From contig CAZLYC010000006.1 of NCBI GenBank assembly GCA_964563755.1, positions 3,099 through 67,098 of the forward strand: DNA of 64,000 nt, written 5' to 3'. Below are positions 44,949 through 53,762 of the stretch, piece after piece. The position numbers and the translations under genes were made by a program. This DNA comes from an uncultured Methanosarcinales archaeon. GTDB taxonomy: Archaea; Nanobdellota; Nanobdellia; Woesearchaeales; UBA11576. The first letter of the stretch is position 1; each line of letters begins with the position of its first letter. The notes under the pieces were generated by a model. The model searched no databases. It was not told the DNA's origin and worked only from the letters and a program-made list of their open reading frames with translations.

Positions 44949-46424
44949 TTGACAGAGAAAAAGAATCTTGCGGTGATAGCCTCTAGGCTGAAATGTGTTG
45001 ATGCTGTCAGTGTTGAGGCTGAACGCTGGATTGACAAGTATGCGAAGCTGAATTACAATGTACACTTGCTGGCAGGTAAATTTGGTGAACCTGTGTCCAT
45101 GCCTCACTTCGAGCTGCCTGAGATGAATTATGAGAATCCTGAAGTGAGAGGAATCAAGCGCATAATATTCGGGGCAAAGCTTGATAAGGAAGGCAGGAAA
45201 GCAGCAATCATACTTCTTAACAATCTTATTAACAGGATAAAGGGTCCTCTCAAGAATTATCTGGTAAAGAACCACATAAGTGTCCTTAGCATAGAGGATG
45301 CCCTTCTATCACAGAAGAATCTTCCTCTTGCGCTCGCAGTTTCGCAGATAGTCAATGAGTTGAGGCTGCCAACGATAAGCAGGTATCATTATCTTCCGTG
45401 GGACACGACATATTTCACCAAGTTCGATAACCTGCCAAAAGTACTTTCAGTCATCCCTCCTGTAGGTAAGAATATTGTGCATGTGACGAACAACAGCGCT
45501 TCTAAGGCTATGCTTTCTGAGAAGAAGAACATCATATCAAGAGTCATACCTAACACAGTGGACCTTGACAAGGTAAGGAAGTTCGATGATTACAACAGCG
45601 ATTTCAGGAAGGAGCTTGGCATAAAGGATGACCAGCTGATATTCCTTCAGCCTACAAGGGTCAAGAGGAACAAGTCAGTCGAGCGCTCAATAAAGCTTGT
45701 CGCTGAGATAAACGACATAATGAAAAAAGACAATGTCCTGATACTCACCGGCTCTCCTGTGTACTCAAGGGGGAACTATTTTGAGGAGATAGTGAGAAGG
45801 ATAAACAAGCAGAACGTGAAGGTCATATTCGCGAATGACCGCATATTCCTTGACAGGCACCAGAATCCAAACAAGAAGTTCTATTCCATACATGATGCAT
45901 ATGTCCATGCGGACATCGTTCTCTATCCGAACACAAGCAACGCGTTCGGGAATCCTATAATCGAGGCTGCAGCCTACAAGAAGCCGGTGATAGTCAATAA
46001 TTTCCCTAACCTCAAGGATTTCATGGACAAGGGGTTCAAGTTCGTCGTAATGGACCAGAAAGTCGATGCCGGGCTTGTCTCTGATACTTACGAGCTTCTT
46101 GTGAATAAACAGAAGATGGATGATATGGTAAACAATAATTTTGAGCTTGTCAAGAAGCATTACTCATCAGAGGTGCTTGATGACGCATTGATGCCGATAC
46201 TGAACGAGATTGATGTCGAAGAGCAGCCAAGACAGAACATATTCACTAAAGTCACCGGGCTTATCTGGCATAAGAGCAGCCATCCCGTGCCTCAGAAGGA
46301 AGTGCGTAAGACTGTTCAGGTGAATATCCAGATCAAGCACGTGAAAAAAAGCAGCAAAGGTAACGGCTTGATGAACAAGAAAGGCGGCTACAAGGAGCCT
46401 ATGAAAGATGAGCAGAAGAAATGA
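44949..46424 (+). CDS. Glycosyltransferase family 4 (GT-B fold)
   Basis: C-terminal Glycos_transf_1 region HADIVLYPNTSNAFGNPIIEAAAYKKPVIVNNF (E-x7-E). Confidence 0.72.
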   Translation: MTEKKNLAVIASRLKCVDAVSVEAERWIDKYAKLNYNVHLLAGKFGEPVSMPHFELPEMNYENPEVRGIKRIIFGAKLDKEGRKAAIILLNNLINRIKGPLKNYLVKNHISVLSIEDALLSQKNLPLALAVSQIVNELRLPTISRYHYLPWDTTYFTKFDNLPKVLSVIPPVGKNIVHVTNNSASKAMLSEKKNIISRVIPNTVDLDKVRKFDDYNSDFRKELGIKDDQLIFLQPTRVKRNKSVERSIKLVAEINDIMKKDNVLILTGSPVYSRGNYFEEIVRRINKQNVKVIFANDRIFLDRHQNPNKKFYSIHDAYVHADIVLYPNTSNAFGNPIIEAAAYKKPVIVNNFPNLKDFMDKGFKFVVMDQKVDAGLVSDTYELLVNKQKMDDMVNNNFELVKKHYSSEVLDDALMPILNEIDVEEQPRQNIFTKVTGLIWHKSSHPVPQKEVRKTVQVNIQIKHVKKSSKGNGLMNKKGGYKEPMKDEQKK

Positions 46425-47070
46425 TTCGACAGATGAAGAGGATATCGACAGTTCAATCCCTCAGCTGGCTGTCGAGAAGGATGTAATATACGAAGTGCCA
46501 AAAGGCTGTCCTATTTGCGCCTCTGATGTGAAAGGCAATGATTTCTACAAGTATTTCTGTGCTCATTGCAATGTATTGTTTGACAGGAAAGACCTGGTGG
46601 GGAAGGGAAAGCGCGGAGTCAGGAGGACAAAGCTGTCCCAAGCAGAAAGGGAACTTCTGGCGAGAAAAAGGAAAGAGCTCAGTGAGAAGATAGATGATAA
46701 GTTCAGGCAGAAGACAGAAGAGGTCATAGAGAGGATTGAAGAGCCTCCGATAGAAGAGCCTGCTGTTGAACCTGAAGAGGAAGAGATTCCTGAAGGCACA
46801 GAAGAACCAGCTGAAGAGACTGAAGCAGAACAGGAAGTTGAAGAGCCTGCCGAGGAAGTGCATGAAGAGAAAAAAGAAGAATATGAACTTGAGTCAGAGG
46901 ACAGGATAATAGCTTCATCACAATCTACAAAGATGCATGCAGGGAACTGTCATTTTATCAGGAAGATACACCCCAATAACAGGCTCTATCTTAAGTCTAT
47001 GGAAGACGGTGAAGAGCAGGGCTATGCTGCCTGCGTATGCTTGAGACGTTTAAAGGCTCTTAAAAGGTAA
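46408..47070 (+). CDS. Zinc-ribbon protein with an acidic linker and a C-terminal Ada-like metal-binding domain
   Basis: N-terminal CPICAS...CAHCN. C-terminal STKMHAGNCHFIRKIHPNNRLYLKSMEDGEEQGYAACVCL resembles the Ada Zn-binding domain. Overlaps the GT4 gene by 17 nt. Confidence 0.5.
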   Translation: MSRRNDSTDEEDIDSSIPQLAVEKDVIYEVPKGCPICASDVKGNDFYKYFCAHCNVLFDRKDLVGKGKRGVRRTKLSQAERELLARKRKELSEKIDDKFRQKTEEVIERIEEPPIEEPAVEPEEEEIPEGTEEPAEETEAEQEVEEPAEEVHEEKKEEYELESEDRIIASSQSTKMHAGNCHFIRKIHPNNRLYLKSMEDGEEQGYAACVCLRRLKALKR

Positions 47071-47152
47071 AATACGTATAAACGACCAAAAAGTCAATTT
47101 TCTTACGTTTTCTTGAGTAAAATGAAAAAATTACGTGAAATAGTTTATTTAT

Positions 47153-48202
47153 TTGAAAAACAGCATATCCTGTATGCAAAACAATAAGCTAGTCTTGACT
47201 CTAGAAGAGCTAAAAAAGGAAGGCAGGCCGCTCTACATATTAGGCCATAAGGGCGTCTGTTATGATTCACTAGGCAGCGCTTTCGGCCTGGCGCATATAG
47301 CGAAGCATGTCGGCCTTGAGGCAAAGGTCTGCGGTGAGCATACGCAGGACTGGGGCTATCCGCAGAACAATATACTGTATAACCAGCTTGAGCTGGAGAG
47401 CAAGATACATTCTCCGTCAATCATCACTGAAGAAGATTCTGTCGCTTTCGTGGATGTATATCCAAAAGGTACTAACGGTTATGAGACGAATGGGAAGCCA
47501 GTCATAGTCATCAATCATCACCCGATAGATGACTGTCCAGTATCCCTGGGTGAAACAAAGACGGTTGACATAAGGGAGACAGGCTCTACAGTTGGCATGA
47601 TAACTGATTACATGATGGATCCGGAACTGAACATAGTCGAGCCAGACTCCGCTCTTGCGACATTGATGCTTTACGGCATGCGCGTGGACACAAAACGCGG
47701 ATTGAGGATGACTGAGCTGGACTACAGAGCAGCAGCATACCTTTCTAAGCATGCTGATCTTGATACTGTGCAGAAGATAGAATCCAAGAGTTATCCTCAG
47801 GAGATGCTAAACATCATGAAAGGCATGAACGAGAAAGAAGTCGGTAAGTATCGTATCGCTGTCGTTAAAGTTCCTAAGCCAGGTATGGTCCCGCAGCTTG
47901 CGGACGTGCTCAATAGCTTTGAAGGATGCGTTGTGAGCATGATTGTAGCAAAGGTGGAAGAGGCAGGTGAGAGGGATTGGTATGTTTCAGGCAGGAGCAA
48001 GAAGCCTGCATGCAATGTTGGGGATCTCGTCAAGGAACTATTTGGCTCCGGCGGCGGTCATTGGTACTCCGGCGGGGCTTCATTGACGAGCCGTGATGTG
48101 TATTCCCGGTTCAAGGTTGATGAGAACAAGAACTCGTCAGTCCTAAGGCAGGTCATGAACGCGCTTGTCAAGAGACTGAAAGTGCTGTCGAACGAGAAAT
48201 AA
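47153..48202 (+). CDS. DHH/DHHA1 phosphoesterase (NrnA-like nanoRNase / pAp phosphatase)
   Basis: DHH-family motifs (LGHKGVCYDSLGSA, VIVINHHP) and DHHA1 GSGGGHWYSGGA. Alternative start at 47174. Confidence 0.75.
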   Translation: MKNSISCMQNNKLVLTLEELKKEGRPLYILGHKGVCYDSLGSAFGLAHIAKHVGLEAKVCGEHTQDWGYPQNNILYNQLELESKIHSPSIITEEDSVAFVDVYPKGTNGYETNGKPVIVINHHPIDDCPVSLGETKTVDIRETGSTVGMITDYMMDPELNIVEPDSALATLMLYGMRVDTKRGLRMTELDYRAAAYLSKHADLDTVQKIESKSYPQEMLNIMKGMNEKEVGKYRIAVVKVPKPGMVPQLADVLNSFEGCVVSMIVAKVEEAGERDWYVSGRSKKPACNVGDLVKELFGSGGGHWYSGGASLTSRDVYSRFKVDENKNSSVLRQVMNALVKRLKVLSNEK

Positions 48203-48211
48203 AAAAAGAAA

Positions 48212-48300
48212 AGCCGCCAAGCGAGCGTCAGATAACCTCTCTGTTTGTATTGCAGTTCAGCAACCGAATACAAGAACATAATCAGCAGCGAGCGCGGCTT
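48212..48300. repeat. GC-rich palindromic repeat element, type B variant
   Basis: AAGCCGCCAAGCGAGCGTCA...TATTGCAGTTCAGCAACCGAATACAAG...CAGCGAGCGCGGCTT. Confidence 0.6.
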
Positions 48301-48308
48301 TTCTCAAT

Positions 48309-48417
48309 GCAGCGCTGCCACTACAGCTCGCTTCTACAGGGATATAGATTCTTTGTCTAAGTACACAGTTCATTAGAACTGTGTTTCTACAGCTCGCAGT
48401 GGTATTGGCAGCGCTGC
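48309..48417. repeat. GC-rich palindromic repeat element, type A-related (long inverted repeat GCAGCGCTGCCA...TGGCAGCGCTGC)
   Basis: Arms GCAGCGCTGCCACTACAGCTCGC / GCGAGCTGTAG..TGGCAGCGCTGC around a GTACACAGTTC..GAACTGTGT core. Confidence 0.55.
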
Positions 48418-48473
48418 TATTAGGTGAATTGCCAAAAGAAATAATGATATAAAAAAATATTTTAATAAAAAAA

Positions 48474-49214
48474 TTACTTGTTCATGAAGTTCTCGCGTAT
48501 GAACGTCGCCATAGTCTCGTTTCCTGCTGAGACATAGATGTCGTACGCTGTCTTGACAAGACCTTGCCTCATGCATTCGTCGCCAAGCTTTGTGAGCCTG
48601 TCAGGGTCTCCTGCCAGCTGGTAGGCTTTTGCCGCGTAGTTGAAGAACGGATGCTTGAAGCAGCTGTCTCCTAGCTGTATGAGCTTCTCTTTGCTGTCGA
48701 GGAACGAGAATATCTCGAGTGCCGAGTCCCATTTCTCGCGCTTCATGCACTCATCTCCCACTATGATGAGCTTCGACCTTTCGTTAAGTGCCTTGAATGC
48801 TTTTATCGCGTCTGAGAATCTGCTTTCTTTTATGCATTTATCGCCTATTCTTGAGAGCTTGCCCTTGTCTTCAGAGAGGACGTACATGTCGACTGCCTCT
48901 GCGAACTGGCCGATGTTCTCATAGTTCTCGCCTATCTTCGCGAGCCTTTCCTTGTTGCCTACGAACATGAATGCCTTGACTGCCTGGGCTATCTTTCCTT
49001 TCCTGAGGCACTCTTCACCGACTTCGTTCAGAAGTTGTTCGCGTGTCTCCTGGTCGAACATTGAGAGGTTCATCGATTCGATGCCCTTGTCAATCAACGC
49101 AGGGACAAGTTTGCCGAAATTCTTTGTGTTAGAAGACGATTTGGAAGTCGTCTGTTTCACGCTGTCAAGCGTGCTTCCTACCACTCTTTTTACGATAGGA
49201 TCGTATTCCGCCAT
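48474..49214 (-). CDS. Helical repeat protein (about 5 tandem units of roughly 37 aa, ...A.KAF....L...GD.C...)
   Basis: Periodic repeats: LAKIGENYE / LSRIGDKCIK / LIIVGDECMK / LIQLGDSCFK / LTKLGDECMR. Confidence 0.5.
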   Translation of the reverse strand: MAEYDPIVKRVVGSTLDSVKQTTSKSSSNTKNFGKLVPALIDKGIESMNLSMFDQETREQLLNEVGEECLRKGKIAQAVKAFMFVGNKERLAKIGENYENIGQFAEAVDMYVLSEDKGKLSRIGDKCIKESRFSDAIKAFKALNERSKLIIVGDECMKREKWDSALEIFSFLDSKEKLIQLGDSCFKHPFFNYAAKAYQLAGDPDRLTKLGDECMRQGLVKTAYDIYVSAGNETMATFIRENFMNK

Positions 49215-49374
49215 GTTGCATTACCTCTGTTTTTTCTTTTATTATAATGGATTTTGCCTAAGCATTCCTTGTTTATAAACATATCTTTTTTGTTTTCACT
49301 CGAGAGTTTTTAAAATAACTGTGCTTAAAAAATGAGAATTGAAAAAGTAATAAAAAATTATTTAAAAAAAATAT

Positions 49375-50214
49375 TTAGAACTCGACCTCGAGCTCAGGTG
49401 CCCTGTTTACATCCTTGACTGTGACAGTCACTTCCTGTGAAACAGTCGATATACCGTCGCTGACTGATACTGTGACTTTATGTTCACCAGAATCAGCGTA
49501 GCCTGCTTCCTTTGTGTTGGATGTCATCCAGCCAGAGTATGTGAAGGTAAGCTTGTCGCCATCCTTGTCTGTCGCCCTTGGCGAGAAAACGACTTTCTCT
49601 CCTTCATTGACTGTTACGTCTGCAATCTTCTCGAGCTCTGGCTTGTTGTTCTTTGGGTCTACAACTATCTTTATCTGCTTTGTAGTTGTTGCCTTTCCGT
49701 CAGTTACTGTTATCTCAGGGTAATATACTCCTGCATCACCGACTCTTGTCTGCCATCTGCCTGCGCTGTCCAGAGGCTCGTCAAAAGTGTATTTGAGTTC
49801 GTCTCCGTCGGCATCTGTTGCTTTGACATTGAGCTTAACAAGGTCTCCCTCTGTGACTGAAAGTGTCGGTAGGTTCTCATCGACAACTATTGCCCTGTAT
49901 GGTGACTGCTTGAGCTCTGTTGTAGTCTTTTCTTCAACAACTTCCTCAGTTACAGCCTCTCCTACTGGCTTGTATGCAGATTTTGTTTCAGTTGCTTCTT
50001 CAGCCCCTTCTACATCTTCTTCTGCAGCCTCTTCATCAGCCCAGAAATCCTCACTGTCTTCTGTGTCATCCTCAAGGTCAGACACATCTATCTCAACTTC
50101 CTCGACAGCATCTCCTGTCGGAGAGTCTGGTGCCTTGTAACCTTGGCAACCGAGAATTGAGAGCAGCATTAGCGTGACGCCAAGAACTGCGAATACTGAT
50201 AGATTCCTACTCAT
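49375..50214 (-). CDS. Lipoprotein with an acidic N-terminal tract and two Ig/cadherin-like repeats (DxDGD..Y/T.F type)
   Basis: Lipobox LLSILGC. Repeats VTEGDLVKLNVKATDADGDELKYTF and VNEGEKVVFSPRATDKDGDKLTFTY. Confidence 0.6.
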   Translation of the reverse strand: MSRNLSVFAVLGVTLMLLSILGCQGYKAPDSPTGDAVEEVEIDVSDLEDDTEDSEDFWADEEAAEEDVEGAEEATETKSAYKPVGEAVTEEVVEEKTTTELKQSPYRAIVVDENLPTLSVTEGDLVKLNVKATDADGDELKYTFDEPLDSAGRWQTRVGDAGVYYPEITVTDGKATTTKQIKIVVDPKNNKPELEKIADVTVNEGEKVVFSPRATDKDGDKLTFTYSGWMTSNTKEAGYADSGEHKVTVSVSDGISTVSQEVTVTVKDVNRAPELEVEF

Positions 50215-50411
50215 CTAAAAACCACCTCGCGATTTTTTCAGCATGATTATGCTTTTTTATCATTCCAGAATAGAGCATTCGTATATAAATTTTATGGTAG
50301 TAACAATTTTGCGTAAGTAGTCATCATATAGAGACTATTGGAATATCATTTGTTTCGTCTCAACATTATGGTAAAAAATATATTTATACATCAGAGAGTT
50401 TTTGCCATATC

Positions 50412-52886
50412 ATGATTCTGAAATCGCTCCGCCTGAAGAACATACGCAGCTATACTGACCAGAGGATTGAGTTTCCAAAAGGATCCATACTTCTCGCAGG
50501 GGATATAGGCAGCGGGAAATCATCCATACTGCAGGCAGTGGAGTTCGCTTTGTTCGGCGCAAGGCGTGACTCTTCAGGAGATGCCCTCTTGAGGAAAGGT
50601 GAACGGGAAGGAGAGGTCGAGCTGAGCCTTGAGCTTGATGGCTCCGCTATAATAATACAGAGAAGGCTCAAGAGACAGAAGGATTCTGTAGGCCAGGAGT
50701 CTGGATTCATAATGCTGGATGGCAACAAGACAGAAGGGACAGCAATAGAGTTGAAATCAAAAGTTCTCGGGCTTATAGGCTACCCGAAGGAGCTTCTGAC
50801 AAAGTCAAAATCACTGATATATCGTTTCACAGTATATACTCCACAGGAGGAGATGAAGCAGATCCTCTCAGGCGCGGATGAAGAGAGGATAGATACGCTG
50901 AGGAAGGTATTCGGCATAGACCGTTACAAGAACCTTTCAAGAAACGCTGAATTGTATATACGGAGCATAAAGGAGAAGAAGAAGGAGCTTTCAGGTATTA
51001 TGCTCGGTCTTGATGAGAAAAAGAAAGAGGTTGATATCAGGAAAGCGGATATTGATAGGCTTGAGAGATCAAGGCTCAAGCTGCTTCCGCTGCTTGACAG
51101 GGCATCAGCAAATAAGGCAAAAGTAAGAGAGGAGATTGCAGAAACAGAGAAAAAGATGATGATGCTCCACGAGCTAAGGAAAAAAGTCGAGCTACAGGAT
51201 GCGCGTTTCATGGAGATAATGCGCAACAGGAACAAGAACAAGTCAGACTTGGATGCTGTAGAGGCATCAATATCTTCTATCAAATCGAAGCTCCAGCAGT
51301 CAAATGCGGACAGCACAGCATATCCTGCTGTCGATGTTGTTGAGAAGGAAATATCTGCATATGAAAAAGACATAGCTATACTATCACGGACAATCACCGA
51401 GCTTTCAGAGAGGAGAAAGCATGTCGACAGGCGTGCGGAAGAGCTGAAGAAGGAAATCGAGGCCAAATCTTCAAGGATCAGCATCTCAAGAGAGAAGGAA
51501 ATCCTCTATAAGACGCTGCTTGATGAGTTGAAGGACAAGGATATCATATCAAAGGCGATTGAAGAGGTCGGCATGAAACTGAAGGATGCTGAAATGATTA
51601 TAGTAGAGCTTGACTCGAGAAAGAGGCAGTCAGAGTCCCTTAAGGACAGCATCTCATCGATGGATGTATGCCCGACCTGCCGCCAGGAAGTGAGCCTTGT
51701 GCACAAGCAGGCTATACTACAAGAAGAAGAGAGGAAGATAAGCAAGATTTCTTCTGAGATGAAAGCTCTCAATACAGAAAAAGAGCGCATCAAAGCGATG
51801 CTAAACTCTCATGATAACCGACTTAAGATACTTAATGAGAAAGAGCGAAGGCTAGCAGCGGTCGATGCCGAGCTTGCCAATGCAAATGCCCTGAAAACAG
51901 AGCTTGAAAGCATAAAAAAGTCGCGCGCGACCCTTGACACTGAGAACGCAACCATAATTTCAGCGCTTGCAGGGCTTGATCAGCAGGTGATAGACAGCAA
52001 GTCAAAGTCGCTTGAGGAAAAGAAGGCACTGCTGAAAGCAATCAACAGGCACAATATTGAACTTAAGGAGATTCAGCACAACAAAGCGATGCTTGAAGAC
52101 AAGCAGCGCATGAAGGACGGCCTATTGAAGATCCAGGATCAGATAAAGGAAGAGATCAAGCAGGTGAATATCAAGAAGCTCAAGCTTAATGATGAGATCT
52201 GCAGGAACCTTTCTGTCGAAGTTGAGTTCAAGCAGAAGAGGGTTGAATTCGAGAAACTTCTTGACGAGGAGAAGAAACTTGAATTGAGGCTCGGAGAACT
52301 CAGCAAGGAGATTGAAGGCATCAGCAGGCACGTATCGAGCCTTGATAATGATATCATGGTGAAAGAGAATGCATTTAGAAGGCACGAATCGCTGACTGCG
52401 GTGCAGGAATGGCTTGAGAAGATGTTCCTGAACCTGATGATGACTATGGAGAAGCATATAATGGCCCGCGTCCATACCCAGTTCAGCGAGCTGTTCTCAA
52501 AATGGTTCAGCCTGCTGATAGAAGACCAGGGGATATCTGTGCGGATTGATGAAAGTTTCTCTCCTATAATAAATCAGAACGGGCATGATACTAACATGGA
52601 TCATCTCAGCGGAGGCGAGAAGACATCTATAGCTCTTGCCTACAGGCTTGCATTGAACAAAGTGATTAACGATATGATGAGCAGCATCAAGACTCGAGGC
52701 ATAATAATGCTTGACGAGCCGACAGACGGCTTTTCCTCAGAGCAGCTCGACAAAGTGAGGACTGTCCTGGAAGAGCTTGATGTCAAGCAGATGATAATAG
52801 TTTCGCATGAGTCGAAGATAGAATCTTTTGTTGAACACATAATCCGTGTGCAGAAGGACGAGCATGTTAGTAAGATTATTTCTTGA
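50412..52886 (+). CDS. rad50: DNA double-strand break repair ATPase Rad50
   Basis: Walker A GDIGSGKSSIL, long coiled coil, central zinc hook MDVCPTCRQEV, signature LSGGEKTSIALAYRLAL, Walker B IIMLDEPTDGF. 824 aa. Confidence 0.85.
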   Translation: MILKSLRLKNIRSYTDQRIEFPKGSILLAGDIGSGKSSILQAVEFALFGARRDSSGDALLRKGEREGEVELSLELDGSAIIIQRRLKRQKDSVGQESGFIMLDGNKTEGTAIELKSKVLGLIGYPKELLTKSKSLIYRFTVYTPQEEMKQILSGADEERIDTLRKVFGIDRYKNLSRNAELYIRSIKEKKKELSGIMLGLDEKKKEVDIRKADIDRLERSRLKLLPLLDRASANKAKVREEIAETEKKMMMLHELRKKVELQDARFMEIMRNRNKNKSDLDAVEASISSIKSKLQQSNADSTAYPAVDVVEKEISAYEKDIAILSRTITELSERRKHVDRRAEELKKEIEAKSSRISISREKEILYKTLLDELKDKDIISKAIEEVGMKLKDAEMIIVELDSRKRQSESLKDSISSMDVCPTCRQEVSLVHKQAILQEEERKISKISSEMKALNTEKERIKAMLNSHDNRLKILNEKERRLAAVDAELANANALKTELESIKKSRATLDTENATIISALAGLDQQVIDSKSKSLEEKKALLKAINRHNIELKEIQHNKAMLEDKQRMKDGLLKIQDQIKEEIKQVNIKKLKLNDEICRNLSVEVEFKQKRVEFEKLLDEEKKLELRLGELSKEIEGISRHVSSLDNDIMVKENAFRRHESLTAVQEWLEKMFLNLMMTMEKHIMARVHTQFSELFSKWFSLLIEDQGISVRIDESFSPIINQNGHDTNMDHLSGGEKTSIALAYRLALNKVINDMMSSIKTRGIIMLDEPTDGFSSEQLDKVRTVLEELDVKQMIIVSHESKIESFVEHIIRVQKDEHVSKIIS

Positions 52887-52914
52887 ACAGAATTTTTAAA
52901 GAAAAAATAAAAAT

Positions 52915-52988
52915 GGGGCTACGAGGATTCGAACCCCGGTCGGACGCACCCCAAGCGCCAGTGATAGCCAAGCTACACTATAGCCCCG
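52915..52988 (-). tRNA. tRNA-Pro (GGG anticodon read; UGG also possible), intron-less
   Basis: Minus-strand read GGGGCTA TA GTGT..CAC T GGCGC TTGGGGT GCGTC CGAC CGGGG TTCGAAT CCTCG TAGCCCC A. A canonical 74-nt cloverleaf. Confidence 0.85.
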
Positions 52989-53044
52989 ATATGAAACCAA
53001 GAAAACAACAAGTCTTATTTAAAGGTTATTTAAGAATATAAAAA

Positions 53045-53365
53045 TCATTGTCTTTTCTTTATGCTCATCTTTCTTGTAACGATAATGAGGAATATCGCAA
53101 AGAAAGCGAACACTATGAACAGTATTGAACTCATTCCTGAGAATCTGCTTGATTCTTGTGATGCTGCGTCATAGACAGATAATCCGGTTATTACAGGGTT
53201 GTCTATCAATGTCTTGAGGACAGTGAATACCATGAGAACACCTATTATCACTATCATTCCAGTCTTCCAGCTCAGGTATCTCCTACTAAGGCTGCTGAGA
53301 TGCTGTGGAGGTATGTCTTCCGGTGAAGGCACAAACATGTTCTTTCCAAGAGCTCTTCCTTTCAT
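53045..53365 (-). CDS. Small two-TM membrane protein, hypothetical
   Basis: Two hydrophobic helices, with a basic C-terminus. Confidence 0.4.
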   Translation of the reverse strand: MKGRALGKNMFVPSPEDIPPQHLSSLSRRYLSWKTGMIVIIGVLMVFTVLKTLIDNPVITGLSVYDAASQESSRFSGMSSILFIVFAFFAIFLIIVTRKMSIKKRQ

Positions 53366-53438
53366 AAGAATTCCATAAATATTTCCAGTATTTAAACATT
53401 TTCTTTAAAAAGAGAAGGCAAGAGCAGAGAATCAATTT

Positions 53439-53544
53439 GCAGCACTGCCACCGCACTAGCGAGCTATCTACTATGCTGTCAGATTAATGGTGTACTTAGA
53501 TATCTACCCTGATTTTCTATCGAAGCGAGCTGCCGTGGCGGTGC
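53439..53544. repeat. GC-rich palindromic repeat element, type A
   Basis: GCAGCACTGCCACCGCACTAGCGAGCT...GGTGTACTTAGAT...GAAGCGAGCTGCCGTGGCGGTGC. Confidence 0.65.
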
Positions 53545-53557
53545 GAACTTTTATGTT

Positions 53558-53652
53558 GCAATGCCGCGCTCGCATTGATTGTTGCTCTGTTGTTGTTTGC
53601 CCAACTGCGTCATGTTCCGTTGTTGCTACTGCTGCTCGCAAGGCGGCATTGC
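53558..53652. repeat. GC-rich palindromic repeat element, type B variant
   Basis: TIR GCAATGCCGCGCTCGCA...GCTCGCAAGGCGGCATTGC. Internal CCCAACTGCG matches CGCAGTTGGG of copy 20619. Confidence 0.6.
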
Positions 53653-53762
53653 TCTTTATTCGGGCTCTGCTACCCGCATTTACGGCTATTATAAGAAGTA
53701 TGAAAGAAAGATTTATAAATAATATTTACTGTGGGATGGCTATTCCCGAAGAGGTGCCCACC

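Noticed and set aside
50924-51484. Minus-strand ORFs inside rad50 (50924-51484, 51506-51793, 52122-52475 and others)
   Set aside because: Antisense shadows of the Rad50 coiled-coil region (Leu/Ser-rich).
53487-53762. 5' extension of ORF 53487-55259
   Set aside because: It would be translated from within the GC-rich repeat elements. The downstream Met at 53763 is followed by a classical signal peptide.
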